Assembly (NCBI GenBank): GCA_945787575.1
Contig: CALZKB010000004.1
Location: forward strand, 4,776-68,775
Reading direction: 5' to 3'
DNA: 64,000 nt
DNA from: Thermoanaerobaculia bacterium
GTDB lineage: Bacteria; Acidobacteriota; Thermoanaerobaculia; Multivoradales; JAHEKO01
Part shown: piece by piece, positions 27,189 through 35,444 of the stretch
Numbering within the stretch: position 1 is the stretch's first letter
Layout: every line of letters begins with the position of its first letter
The notes under the pieces: model-generated
Database searches by the model: none
What the model saw: only the letters and a program-made list of their open reading frames with translations
Told to the model about the DNA's origin: nothing
Program-made: the position numbers and the translations under genes

Positions 27189-28253
27189 CTAGATCTCCTG
27201 ATACAGCCAGCGACGGATCGGCTCGAGGCGCTGCGCGACATCGTCCCACTCGGGGTTCATCCGCCACAGAGTCGCGGCCACCGAGGAGAGTAGCGAGTTG
27301 CCGTCCTGCGGGGTGAAACAGAAACCGATGATCTCCCGGTTCCGACGGACCAGGACCGTGGGAAGGACGACGACCGTCTGCGACAGGATCCTCCCGTAGT
27401 ACCCGTGATCACGACCGAAGCTGAAAATGAGGTTCGCCTGCGACTTGCTCGTCACGGCTACCCGATGGTTGTCGTGCAGGCGTCCGGTGACCTCTCCGAG
27501 CGTCGTGTCCCGGTTGAGCACGAGCTGGAACCAGATCGAGTGCATGTACTGGGTGTTGAGCTTCACGGCGCTCGAAAAGAGGTCGAGACGAGTGTCGAGC
27601 GTCTCGAAGAGATGGTAGGCATCCCGAGCGTGGTGGGTCCCGAACTCCGGGTCACCGTGTTTGCCGACCGTCGGCGCCGGGATGAAAGAGCTCGCCTGCG
27701 TCACGTCGTTGGCCCGTCGCATGCAAACGAAACTGCCTCGTTCGAGCGCCATCCCGTCCGCGCCGTCGTCGGCGAGGGTCTTGATGAGGGTCGTGATGTT
27801 GTGAGTGTTGCAGGAGACGATCTGGATGAACCGGTCCTCTTCGGCGACCATCGCTTCGTCGTTCACGCCTCGGGCGTAGGGCTTGCCGAAACCGAACTCA
27901 CTTCCCTGGGCGAGGAACCCTCGTGGTCCGGAGAGCTTCGAGTAGAGCCGTTCCTTGTTCTCGTTGCCGGCCGGGGTGCAGTCGATGATCACCGTGGCCT
28001 GCTCGAGCGCCTCCTGGGCCTCGTAGCTCACCTTCTGTCCCATGCCTTCGAACGCCGTGACCGCTTCGGGCTCGGTGACGAGGTGGGCACCACGCTCCAT
28101 GAGGTGCCGGATTCTCGACTTGTCCGACTCGAGGGGTGTCCTCTTGTGGAACGTCACCTCGTCGATGCCGAACCTGTCTCGGAAGTCGGTGAGCAGACCG
28201 ATCAGCGGCTCGCCGATCGTTCCGGTTCCCACGATGTGAACGATTCGTTTCAT
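27189..28253 (-). CDS. archaeal-type (type II) glyceraldehyde-3-phosphate dehydrogenase-like oxidoreductase
   Basis: From ATG 28253: MKRIVHIVGTGTIG Rossmann start, IIDCTPAG, active-site IVSCNTHN, RRANDV, HHARDA, MHSIWFQL. These are colinear by eye with Methanothermus-type GAPDH (VIDCTPEG, VVSCNTTG, RRGADP, HHGPDV). No good SD precedes 28253. The frame stays open upstream to the TGA at 28464. Confidence 0.75.
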   Translation of the reverse strand: MKRIVHIVGTGTIGEPLIGLLTDFRDRFGIDEVTFHKRTPLESDKSRIRHLMERGAHLVTEPEAVTAFEGMGQKVSYEAQEALEQATVIIDCTPAGNENKERLYSKLSGPRGFLAQGSEFGFGKPYARGVNDEAMVAEEDRFIQIVSCNTHNITTLIKTLADDGADGMALERGSFVCMRRANDVTQASSFIPAPTVGKHGDPEFGTHHARDAYHLFETLDTRLDLFSSAVKLNTQYMHSIWFQLVLNRDTTLGEVTGRLHDNHRVAVTSKSQANLIFSFGRDHGYYGRILSQTVVVLPTVLVRRNREIIGFCFTPQDGNSLLSSVAATLWRMNPEWDDVAQRLEPIRRWLYQEI

Positions 28254-28398
28254 TTGAGAGTTGGTCCTGTCCGCTGCTCGCGTCGCGCGCGGCCCCGCCG
28301 CCGGCTCGTCCCCGACCGCCTGCAACGCGATGAGGTTGTTGGATCCCGTGAACTCGGAGACCTGGGCTTCGAGCCCTCCCGGCGGGTCGTGCTCAGCG

Positions 28399-28448
28399 CT
28401 CGCCGCCCGCGCGAAGTCGCCAAGACGGGCGTCTCCTACGCGGGCGAG
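28399..28448 (-). promoter_or_regulatory. long GC-rich hairpin after the TGA at 28464-28466; candidate SECIS (alternatively an intercistronic structure)
   Basis: On the minus-strand RNA, CUCGCCCGC (28448-28440) pairs with GCGGGCG..AG (28410-28399). This continues through GUAGGAGACGCC / GGCGACUUCGC to a 6-nt apical loop CGUCUU (28427-28422). There are 36 nt between the UGA and the loop, G is second in the loop, and no U-tract follows. Confidence 0.35.
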
Positions 28449-28463
28449 ATTAACACAGGCGGC

Positions 28464-28724
28464 TCACGCACCCCCCTCTTCGCCGTGACGTCCACCGCCC
28501 CTCCAGGTCGGATCCCGATCGGCGAACTCGTCGATCTCGAACGGCACCTCGATGAGTGTCTTCGTCGCTTCGGGATCGCAGATCTGGCTGTCGCACAGGT
28601 AGACATACACGTTCCATTCCCCTTGCCGCTCGAAGTGACTTAGAGTCTGGTACGTGTCGCACCGGCCACACTTCACCGAGAAGTTGCGGATGTTGACCGG
28701 GGTCGTCCCCTCTGGAATCTCCAT
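28464..28724 (-). CDS. small Cys4 zinc-ribbon-like protein (86 aa), possibly the N-terminal part of a UGA-readthrough selenoprotein
   Basis: ATG 28724: MEIPEGTTPVNIRNFSVKCGRCDTYQTLSHFERQGEWNVYVYLCDSQICDPEATKTLIEVPFEIDEFADRDPTWRGGGRHGEEGGA. It has CxxC...Cx4C, protein-like composition and 78% G/C third positions (hand count). The upstream part of ORF 28464..29126 is antisense junk. Confidence 0.55.
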   Translation of the reverse strand: MEIPEGTTPVNIRNFSVKCGRCDTYQTLSHFERQGEWNVYVYLCDSQICDPEATKTLIEVPFEIDEFADRDPTWRGGGRHGEEGGA

Positions 28725-29703
28725 GCCGACGAGGCTAGCAAAGATCCTTGCCCTCACGGCCGCGCTCGCCGCTCTTTGTCCGTCTTCGATCGGCGCTGCG
28801 AGCGACGACGAGGCGACTTTCTCCGAGACCGGCTTCGGCGACGAGATCTCGGTCGGGTACGTGCTCGTTCCGGTCGTGGTCCGCGGCCCCGGCGGTTTCA
28901 GCGACAAGCTCGAGCCGGACGACTTCACGCTGCGGGTGGACGGCGAGGTGATCGCGATCGACAGCTTCGAGAGCGGCTCTCTGGCTCCGATCGGCATTCT
29001 CTTTCTCCAAGACCTCTCGGGGAGCATGGGAATCGGACCCAAGCTCGAGCGCAGCCGCGCCCTCGTCGAGTGCGTCCTTCGACGACAGCGGCCGGGAGAC
29101 GAGTTCGCGGTCGCCAGCTTCAGCAACCAACGGCTCTTCGTCGAAGTGCCGTTCCCCGGTTCGGAGGAGGCGATTCGCGAGCTCCTCGCCGGTTGGGAGG
29201 GCTACGGACGCACCGCGCTGCACGACGCCGTAGCCTGGCTACCCGACCTCGTGCACTCTCGAGCCTCACCGCGGCGTGCCGTCCTCCTGGTGACCGACGG
29301 AGTCGACAACGCCAGCCTGATCAGGCCCGCCAAGGCGCGCGACATGATCCGGCAGGCCGAGGTGCCGGTTCACGTGATCGGACTCGAGACCGGCAGCCCG
29401 TTCCGGCTCGCGCCGGACGGCGAGAAGCTGCATCGTCTGGCCGACACGCTCAATCTCATCGGCTGGGCGACGGGTGGTGGCTACCATCCCGTCGAGAGCG
29501 GCGACGACGTAGAGGGGGCGTGTATGGCGATCGTCGAGAGTCTGCGGCATCAATACGTCTTGGGTTTCTCGACCGCGACCGAGGGACCGATCGCGAAGCG
29601 TGACATCGAGGTTGCTCTCGCCGGCAGGAGGACGAACCTCGACATCCGGTTCCGGCATAGCTATCAGGGCACCCTACCCACTACAATCGTTCCAATACGC
29701 TGA
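28723..29703 (+). CDS. VWA-domain secreted protein (VWFA-related acidobacterial-type domain)
   Basis: Signal peptide MPTRLAKILALTAALAALCPSS from ATG 28723 (alternative ATG 28690 or GTG 28654). ..VLVPVVVRG..DDFTLRVDGEVIAIDSF..ILFLQDLSGSM.. (MIDAS DxSxS), LLVTDGVDNAS. Confidence 0.75.
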   Translation: MPTRLAKILALTAALAALCPSSIGAASDDEATFSETGFGDEISVGYVLVPVVVRGPGGFSDKLEPDDFTLRVDGEVIAIDSFESGSLAPIGILFLQDLSGSMGIGPKLERSRALVECVLRRQRPGDEFAVASFSNQRLFVEVPFPGSEEAIRELLAGWEGYGRTALHDAVAWLPDLVHSRASPRRAVLLVTDGVDNASLIRPAKARDMIRQAEVPVHVIGLETGSPFRLAPDGEKLHRLADTLNLIGWATGGGYHPVESGDDVEGACMAIVESLRHQYVLGFSTATEGPIAKRDIEVALAGRRTNLDIRFRHSYQGTLPTTIVPIR

Positions 29704-29741
29704 CCGCGGTAGACCGAGATACGCTGAAGGAGGCTCCAGGA

Positions 29742-30365
29742 ATGTCGGGCAAGAGCACCTATCGAATGACCGTTGCGCTGGCGATCGTCGCAGTCGCGAC
29801 TACCGGTTGTGCCACCAAGAAGTACGTTCAGACCGAGATGGGGGTCGTCGAGACCCGGGTCGCCGAGCGAGTGGACAACATCGAGACCCAAGTCGAGGAG
29901 AACCAGTCGGCGATTCGGGAGAACGAGGAGCGACTCGCCGCTGCCTCCGAGACCGCCCGCGATGCTTACGACCGAGCGGTGGCGGCCGGAGCTCTCGCCG
30001 AAGGCAAGTTCCTCTACGAGACGATCCTGTCCTCGGATCGTTTCCGTTTCGCCGTCGATCGCAGCGATCTGAGTGCGGAGGCGCAAGCCGCGCTCGACGA
30101 GTTCGCCGACGAGACCAAGGCCAAGAACGAGAACGTCTTCATCGAGATCCAAGGCCACACGGATTCGACCGGATCGGACGCCTACAACATGAGCCTCGGA
30201 GAGCAGCGTGCCGAGGCGGCGCGCCGGTACCTGAGCGAGGCGCACGGCTTCGCACTGCACCGGATGGCCGTGATCTCCTACGGCGAGAAGGCACCGATCG
30301 CGGACAACGGCAGCCGGGAGGGTCGCGCGCAGAACCGGCGGGTGTCGCTGATCGTCCTCAAGTAG
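29742..30365 (+). CDS. OmpA-family peptidoglycan-associated lipoprotein with coiled-coil N-domain
   Basis: GAAGGAGG RBS. Lipobox VATTGC. OmpA_C core IQGHTDSTGSDAYNMSLGEQRAEAARRYL..NRRVSL. Confidence 0.88.
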   Translation: MSGKSTYRMTVALAIVAVATTGCATKKYVQTEMGVVETRVAERVDNIETQVEENQSAIRENEERLAAASETARDAYDRAVAAGALAEGKFLYETILSSDRFRFAVDRSDLSAEAQAALDEFADETKAKNENVFIEIQGHTDSTGSDAYNMSLGEQRAEAARRYLSEAHGFALHRMAVISYGEKAPIADNGSREGRAQNRRVSLIVLK

Positions 30366-30378
30366 GGGCGCGGGTCGG

Positions 30379-30930
30379 CTATCCGGAGGCGAGCGCCTCG
30401 TCGATCGCCCTCCGGACCGACTGCTCGCTCGAGATCCCCATGTGCTGATAGGTGATCCCGAGCGAGGGGTCGGTGACCAGCACCGTGGGGAGGGCGTAGA
30501 TGCCGTAGCGGGCGTTGAGGATCTCCCCGGGATCCAGCAACACCGGGTAGGCGAAAGGATCGCTGGCGACGAATTCGCGCACCACCTCTTCGGGCTCGCC
30601 GACGTTGATCGCCAGGAAGGAGACCCGCTCCCCGCCGTACTCGGCGGCGAGCTCGTGAAAGATCTCAGCCTGCAAGCGGCACGGACCGCACCAGGTCGCC
30701 CAGAAGTCGACGACCACGACCCGACCCTCGAAATCGGCGGCAGCGACCGTGCCCCCCTCCAGTCTTTCGAGCTCGAACTCGAGTCGAGCCTCTCCGCCGA
30801 AGATCTCGTAGGTTGCGGGCATCGGCGACGTCGCCTTGCGCAGCCCGTAGCCGAAGGCGATCGCGACGACAGCCACCAACACGATCACCCACGGCCGAAT
30901 CGAAGTCGGCTCGGACCGATTCCCGCTCAT
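30379..30930 (-). CDS. TlpA/ResA-like thiol:disulfide oxidoreductase (membrane-anchored thioredoxin fold)
   Basis: 183-aa ORF with an N-terminal TM helix and VVVDFWATWCGPCRLQ active site. Confidence 0.88.
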   Translation of the reverse strand: MSGNRSEPTSIRPWVIVLVAVVAIAFGYGLRKATSPMPATYEIFGGEARLEFELERLEGGTVAAADFEGRVVVVDFWATWCGPCRLQAEIFHELAAEYGGERVSFLAINVGEPEEVVREFVASDPFAYPVLLDPGEILNARYGIYALPTVLVTDPSLGITYQHMGISSEQSVRRAIDEALASG

Positions 30931-30973
30931 CCGGTGAGCATAGCCGACGTGGCAGGGCTGATGGACCCCGGGG

Positions 30974-33769
30974 TCAGCTACAGCCGCTCGTCGATCCGCA
31001 CTCGAGGCACTTGTAGCAGCTGCCGTTGCGAATCATGATCGCGCCACAATCGTGGCAGCTCGGAGCGTCCTGCTGAAACAGGAACGTCACCTTGCTCCGG
31101 CCTCCCTCACCGCCCGCCGAGCTGCCACGCTCGACCGCCTCACTCTCCACGGGAGTCTCCTCGCGCTCGGGAGAATCGCGAAGGACGACGCCGGCGGCCT
31201 CCTGGCTCTCCCGGCTCAGGAACTTGGAAGCGAGCCAGCGGAACAGGTAGTCCATCACCGACTTCGCCATCGGAATCTCGGGGTTGTTGGTGAATCCGGA
31301 AGGTTCGAATCGAGTGTGGGTGAACTTGTCGACCAGGGTCTGAAGCGGCACTCCGTACTGCAGCGCGATCGAGATCGCCGTCGCGAAGGAGTCCATGAGG
31401 CCCGAGATCGTCGAACCCTCCTTGGCCATCACGATGAAGATCTCACCCGGCATCCCGTCCTCGAAAAGACCGACCGTCAGGTAGCCTTCGTTGCCGTTGA
31501 CCGTGAACTTGTGAGTCAGCGCCTGGCGCTCGTCGGGGAGCTTGGTCCGTACCGGTTTGCGGTCGGCCTCCGTCTGCCCGCTCTTTCTCCGGCGACTCGT
31601 CGACAGCGGCTGGCTGCGCTTGCAGTTGTCCCGGTAGATCGCCACCGCCTTGAGACCGAGCTTCCACCCCTCGATGTAGGCGTCCATCACCTCTTCCGGG
31701 GTCGACTCTTCGGGCATGTTGATCGTCTTGCTGATGGCGCCGGAGATGAAGGGCTGTACGGCGCCGAGCATCCTGAGATGCCCCGTGTGGTGGATCGAGC
31801 GCACGCCGTTGGCCGGCCGGAAGGAGCAGTCGAATACCGCTAGATGCTCGTCCTTCAGGTGAGGAGCTCCTTCGATCGTCTCTTGCTCGTCGATGAACTC
31901 GACGATTTCCTGAATCTCGCTCTTGTCGTAGCCGAGCCGCTTGAGGGCCGTCGGCACGGTGTTGTTGACGATCTTGATGAGGCCCCCGCCGACGAGCTTC
32001 TTGTACTTGACGAGCGCGATGTCCGGTTCGATGCCGGTCGTGTCGCAGTCCATCATGAAGGCGATGGTTCCGGTCGGCGCCACGACCGAGATCTGGCTGT
32101 TGCGCAAGCCGTGCTCGCTGCCGAGCCGCACGACCTCCTCCCACGAGCCCTTGCCGGCCTGTAGGAGCTCGAGCGGAACGTGCGCGGGGTCGAGTTTTTG
32201 GACCGCCTCGCCGTGCTTGCGCATTACCCGGAGCGCCGGCTCCGCGTTTTGCTCGAACCCGGCGAAGGGACCGAGCTTCTCCGCGATCCGAGCCGACTGC
32301 GCGTAGGAGGCGCCCGACATCAGCGAGGTGATCGCCGCCGCGTAGTCGCGCCCCGCGTCCGAGTCGTAGGGCAGACCGCGAGCCATCAGGAGCGCCCCCA
32401 GGTTGGCGAATCCGATGCCCAGCGGACGGAACCGGTGCGAGTTCTCCTCGATCTTCGGAGTCGGATAGCTCGCGAAGTCGACGATGATCTCCTGGGCGGT
32501 GATCAACACCTCGCAGGTGTGACGAAAGCTGTCCACGTCGAAGTGCTCGCTACCCGAGTCGTAGTAGCTCATGAGGTTGATCGAGGCCAGGTTGCAGGCC
32601 GTATCATCCAGGAACATGTACTCGCTGCACGGGTTGCTGGCGTGAATCCGATCGGTGGCTGCGCAGGTGTGCCAATCGTTGATCGCGGTGTCGTACTGCA
32701 GACCAGGGTCACCGCACAGCCAGGTCGAGTCTGCAATCTGCTGCATGAGATCACGGGCCCTGAACGTCTCGACCGGCTCGCGGTTTGTGACCGCGTGGGT
32801 CGTCCAGTCGCCGTCATCGACGACCGCCTGCATGAACTCGTCGGTCACCCGCACGGAGTGGTTGGCGTTCTGATAGAACACCGAGTCGTACGCTCCGCCC
32901 GGCACGTTGAAGCCGCCTTCGTACCCGGCGTCGATCAACGCCCACGCCTTGCGCTCTTCGACCTCCTTGCAGTTGATGAACTCCACGATGTCGGGATGGT
33001 CGACATTGAGGATCACCATCTTCGCGGCGCGCCGGGTCTTGCCTCCGCTCTTGATGACACCCGCAAAGGAATCGAACCCCTTCATGAACGAGACCGGTCC
33101 GGAGGCCGTACCGCCGCCGGCGAGCATCTCCTTCGACGAGCGGATCGTCGACAGGTTGCTCCCCGTACCGGAGCCGAACTTGAAGAGCATCCCCTCGGTC
33201 TTCGCGAGCTTCAGGATCGACGGCATCGTGTCTTCGACCGAGTTGATGAAGCAGGCCGAGCACTGAGGACGCTCCTCGATCCCCACGTTGAACCAGACGG
33301 GTGAGTTGAAGCAGACCATCTGGTGGAGGAGCATGTAGGTGAGCTCGCCGTGAAAGGTGTCAGCGTCCTCTTCCGATGCGAAGTAGTAGCCGGCGCGTCC
33401 CCAATCGGTCATCCGATCCGCCACCCGACCGATCAGCTGGCGGACACTCGATTCGCGCTCCGGCGAGCCCAACTGGCCGCGGAAGTACTTGCTCACGACC
33501 ACGTTGGTGGCGGTCTGGCTCCAGAACTTCGGGATCTCGACGCCGAGCTGCTCGAAGACCCTCTCCCCCTTCTCGTTGGTGATGACGGCGTCCCGCGTCT
33601 CCCAATCGACGACCTCGAACGGATCGACACCGGTTCGTGTGTAGTAGCGCTCGAAGCGCAGCCCCCGGACCGCCTTCCCGTCCGCCCGGCGGGTCTTTGC
33701 GTCGTTGCTTGCCGTTACGGCTTTGCCCGTGGACTCGACACTGCTCTTCGGGGTCGGCTCCATCGTCAT
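30974..33769 (-). CDS. nrdJ: adenosylcobalamin-dependent (class II) ribonucleotide reductase
   Basis: 931-aa ORF. ..FERYYTRTGVDPFE..VVVSKYFRG.., NPCSEY active-site region, and a C-terminal Cys-rich tail CHDCG..CYKCLECG typical of NrdJ. Confidence 0.92.
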   Translation of the reverse strand: MTMEPTPKSSVESTGKAVTASNDAKTRRADGKAVRGLRFERYYTRTGVDPFEVVDWETRDAVITNEKGERVFEQLGVEIPKFWSQTATNVVVSKYFRGQLGSPERESSVRQLIGRVADRMTDWGRAGYYFASEEDADTFHGELTYMLLHQMVCFNSPVWFNVGIEERPQCSACFINSVEDTMPSILKLAKTEGMLFKFGSGTGSNLSTIRSSKEMLAGGGTASGPVSFMKGFDSFAGVIKSGGKTRRAAKMVILNVDHPDIVEFINCKEVEERKAWALIDAGYEGGFNVPGGAYDSVFYQNANHSVRVTDEFMQAVVDDGDWTTHAVTNREPVETFRARDLMQQIADSTWLCGDPGLQYDTAINDWHTCAATDRIHASNPCSEYMFLDDTACNLASINLMSYYDSGSEHFDVDSFRHTCEVLITAQEIIVDFASYPTPKIEENSHRFRPLGIGFANLGALLMARGLPYDSDAGRDYAAAITSLMSGASYAQSARIAEKLGPFAGFEQNAEPALRVMRKHGEAVQKLDPAHVPLELLQAGKGSWEEVVRLGSEHGLRNSQISVVAPTGTIAFMMDCDTTGIEPDIALVKYKKLVGGGLIKIVNNTVPTALKRLGYDKSEIQEIVEFIDEQETIEGAPHLKDEHLAVFDCSFRPANGVRSIHHTGHLRMLGAVQPFISGAISKTINMPEESTPEEVMDAYIEGWKLGLKAVAIYRDNCKRSQPLSTSRRRKSGQTEADRKPVRTKLPDERQALTHKFTVNGNEGYLTVGLFEDGMPGEIFIVMAKEGSTISGLMDSFATAISIALQYGVPLQTLVDKFTHTRFEPSGFTNNPEIPMAKSVMDYLFRWLASKFLSRESQEAAGVVLRDSPEREETPVESEAVERGSSAGGEGGRSKVTFLFQQDAPSCHDCGAIMIRNGSCYKCLECGSTSGCS

Positions 33770-33868
33770 GCCTCGCTACCTCCAAAAGACCAGGAAAACA
33801 CAGAGCTCTCGCCGCGTTCGCCTTCGGACCGTGCCAAATCACGACTTTTGAGGAAGACCAACGATGCC

Positions 33869-33912
33869 CCACATGATGTGGTTTGTCAAGCGAACCACAC
33901 AATATGTAGGGT
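33869..33912 (-). promoter_or_regulatory. two candidate NrdR-type operator boxes flanking/overlapping a TTGACA upstream of nrdJ
   Basis: acacaatatgtagggt (33897-33912) matches 14/16 of the NrdR box consensus as I remember it (acaCwAtATaTwGtgt). The perfect palindrome ccacat-g-atgtgg (33869-33881) lies about 29 bp away. On the nrdJ strand a TTGACA lies between them. Confidence 0.45.
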
Positions 33913-34054
33913 TCAACTGAGATCGAGATTACCCTTTGGTCATGCACAGTTAGCCATTCGGGCCGCCGATTCGAGAAGTGAGGGACCGCCGCCGCTTCGA
34001 CTTTTCCCGATACCATGTCGAGAAGCCAGAATCAGCTGCTTGGGAACGAGCGCC

Positions 34055-35437
34055 TCACTCCTCGGAGCCGTTCGGATCGCCGCTCTCGTCGGCCGCTCCT
34101 TGGGCCTCCTGCGCAACCGCCGTGCGCACGGCTTCGAGCTTCGAGCGAAGGTCGCGTACTCGATCGCCGCCCAACCAGAGAAGCGCCTCTCGGCCACCTG
34201 TCCGAGCGGGATGACGGTCCGCGGTGGGCGCGAAGATCTCCAGGCGCTCCTCCTCCTCGCCGGGATTGATGGTGAACGCCAGGAGCGGCTCGCCGGCCGG
34301 AGCTGGAGCATCGAGCGCCTCGGCTTTCGAGGAAGTGATGGCGTAGAGCAGGTCGCTCACGACAGCGAACTCGATCGCCTCCCCGTCGCGAAGCCAGTCA
34401 CCCGAATCACGGACCAGATCGATCTCCCCGCTCTCGTCCGTCGCGATCAGCCGTTCGATCTCGAACACCTGACGCGTCGCCCATTCGTAGGAGCGCCACT
34501 CCTCGACCGAGCGCTCCACCGCTTCGGAGAGCGGGTCCGACAGGACGTAGATCTGGTCCTCCGCCCGAGCGTAGACCCTCGACGCATCGTCATCCTCGAT
34601 CGGCGAAGGAGCTTTGTCCTGGGGCACTCGATCGCCGATCTCGAGCCGCCAGAGAGCGCCGGTGTCGTCGATCAGCTCGACGGTGGCGCGCGGCTCGGCG
34701 AGACCGAGAGCGTCGAGCTCGCCTGCCGGCCGATCGACGAACTCGCTCACTTCGAGCGAGGCGAGGGAGCCCAGAAAGCGAGAGACGGTCCCCGGATCCG
34801 CGCGGTCCTCGATCGGCGCCTCGAGCCAGAAGTCCCCATCCCGCCGCCCCAGCACCACGGACTCGGCACCGGGCTCGAACACCACTCGCTCGACCCGGTC
34901 GGCCGTCCCCGTCCAGACGTCGCGGCTCCGCCAGTCGTCGAGGGGCCTCTCGAGCTCGGCCCAGAACTCGTTCGCGACGATCCAGATCGGCCCCTCCTCA
35001 CCGGCGGAGGCGATCCTCGAGTCCGACGCCGGAAGGCGAGGGCCGACGAGAAGTCGCTCACGCCGGTCACCGAACTCGACGCTGACCTCGGCTTCCGGCT
35101 CGTCGAGACCGACCTCCGTCGCGGTCGCGTCCTCGAGCGTACGCTCCTTGATGAGCCCGACCAACAGCTCGGCAAGCCGCTCCGCGGCGGCGGCGGCGGC
35201 GCGAGCCTCGAGCGGTTTCGACAGCCGCCAGACGTCGTCGTCGCTCCGTTCGAGCCGGATCCCCACTCCGTCGCGGGTCCAGTCGACCGCGGTGACTTCT
35301 TCCGCCTCTCCTCGGAGCACTCGCTTGGCCTGCTCGGCGCGGTCCTCGCTTCCCGGCAGGTCTCGCTCGAAGAACCAGACGAAGGCTCCGAGCGCGAGGA
35401 CCAGGGCGAGGAGGACGATTAGCGTACGGGGTCTCAC
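34055..35437 (-). CDS. DUF4340-domain protein (partner of GldG-type ABC systems)
   Basis: 460-aa ORF with an N-terminal TM helix (LIVLLALVLALGAFVWFF) and a repeated beta-rich pattern. It occupies the usual position downstream of gldG-like genes. Confidence 0.6.
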   Translation of the reverse strand: MRPRTLIVLLALVLALGAFVWFFERDLPGSEDRAEQAKRVLRGEAEEVTAVDWTRDGVGIRLERSDDDVWRLSKPLEARAAAAAAERLAELLVGLIKERTLEDATATEVGLDEPEAEVSVEFGDRRERLLVGPRLPASDSRIASAGEEGPIWIVANEFWAELERPLDDWRSRDVWTGTADRVERVVFEPGAESVVLGRRDGDFWLEAPIEDRADPGTVSRFLGSLASLEVSEFVDRPAGELDALGLAEPRATVELIDDTGALWRLEIGDRVPQDKAPSPIEDDDASRVYARAEDQIYVLSDPLSEAVERSVEEWRSYEWATRQVFEIERLIATDESGEIDLVRDSGDWLRDGEAIEFAVVSDLLYAITSSKAEALDAPAPAGEPLLAFTINPGEEEERLEIFAPTADRHPARTGGREALLWLGGDRVRDLRSKLEAVRTAVAQEAQGAADESGDPNGSEE

Positions 35438-35444
35438 TGCACCG

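Noticed and set aside
30974-30976. The TGA ending nrdJ after ..GSTSGCS, and other TGA stops (aroA, apbC, folE), as further Sec codons.
   Set aside because: The downstream in-frame sequence hits a stop quickly or is out of frame with the next gene. The protein ends coincide with normal family C-termini. I saw no hairpin at SECIS distance.
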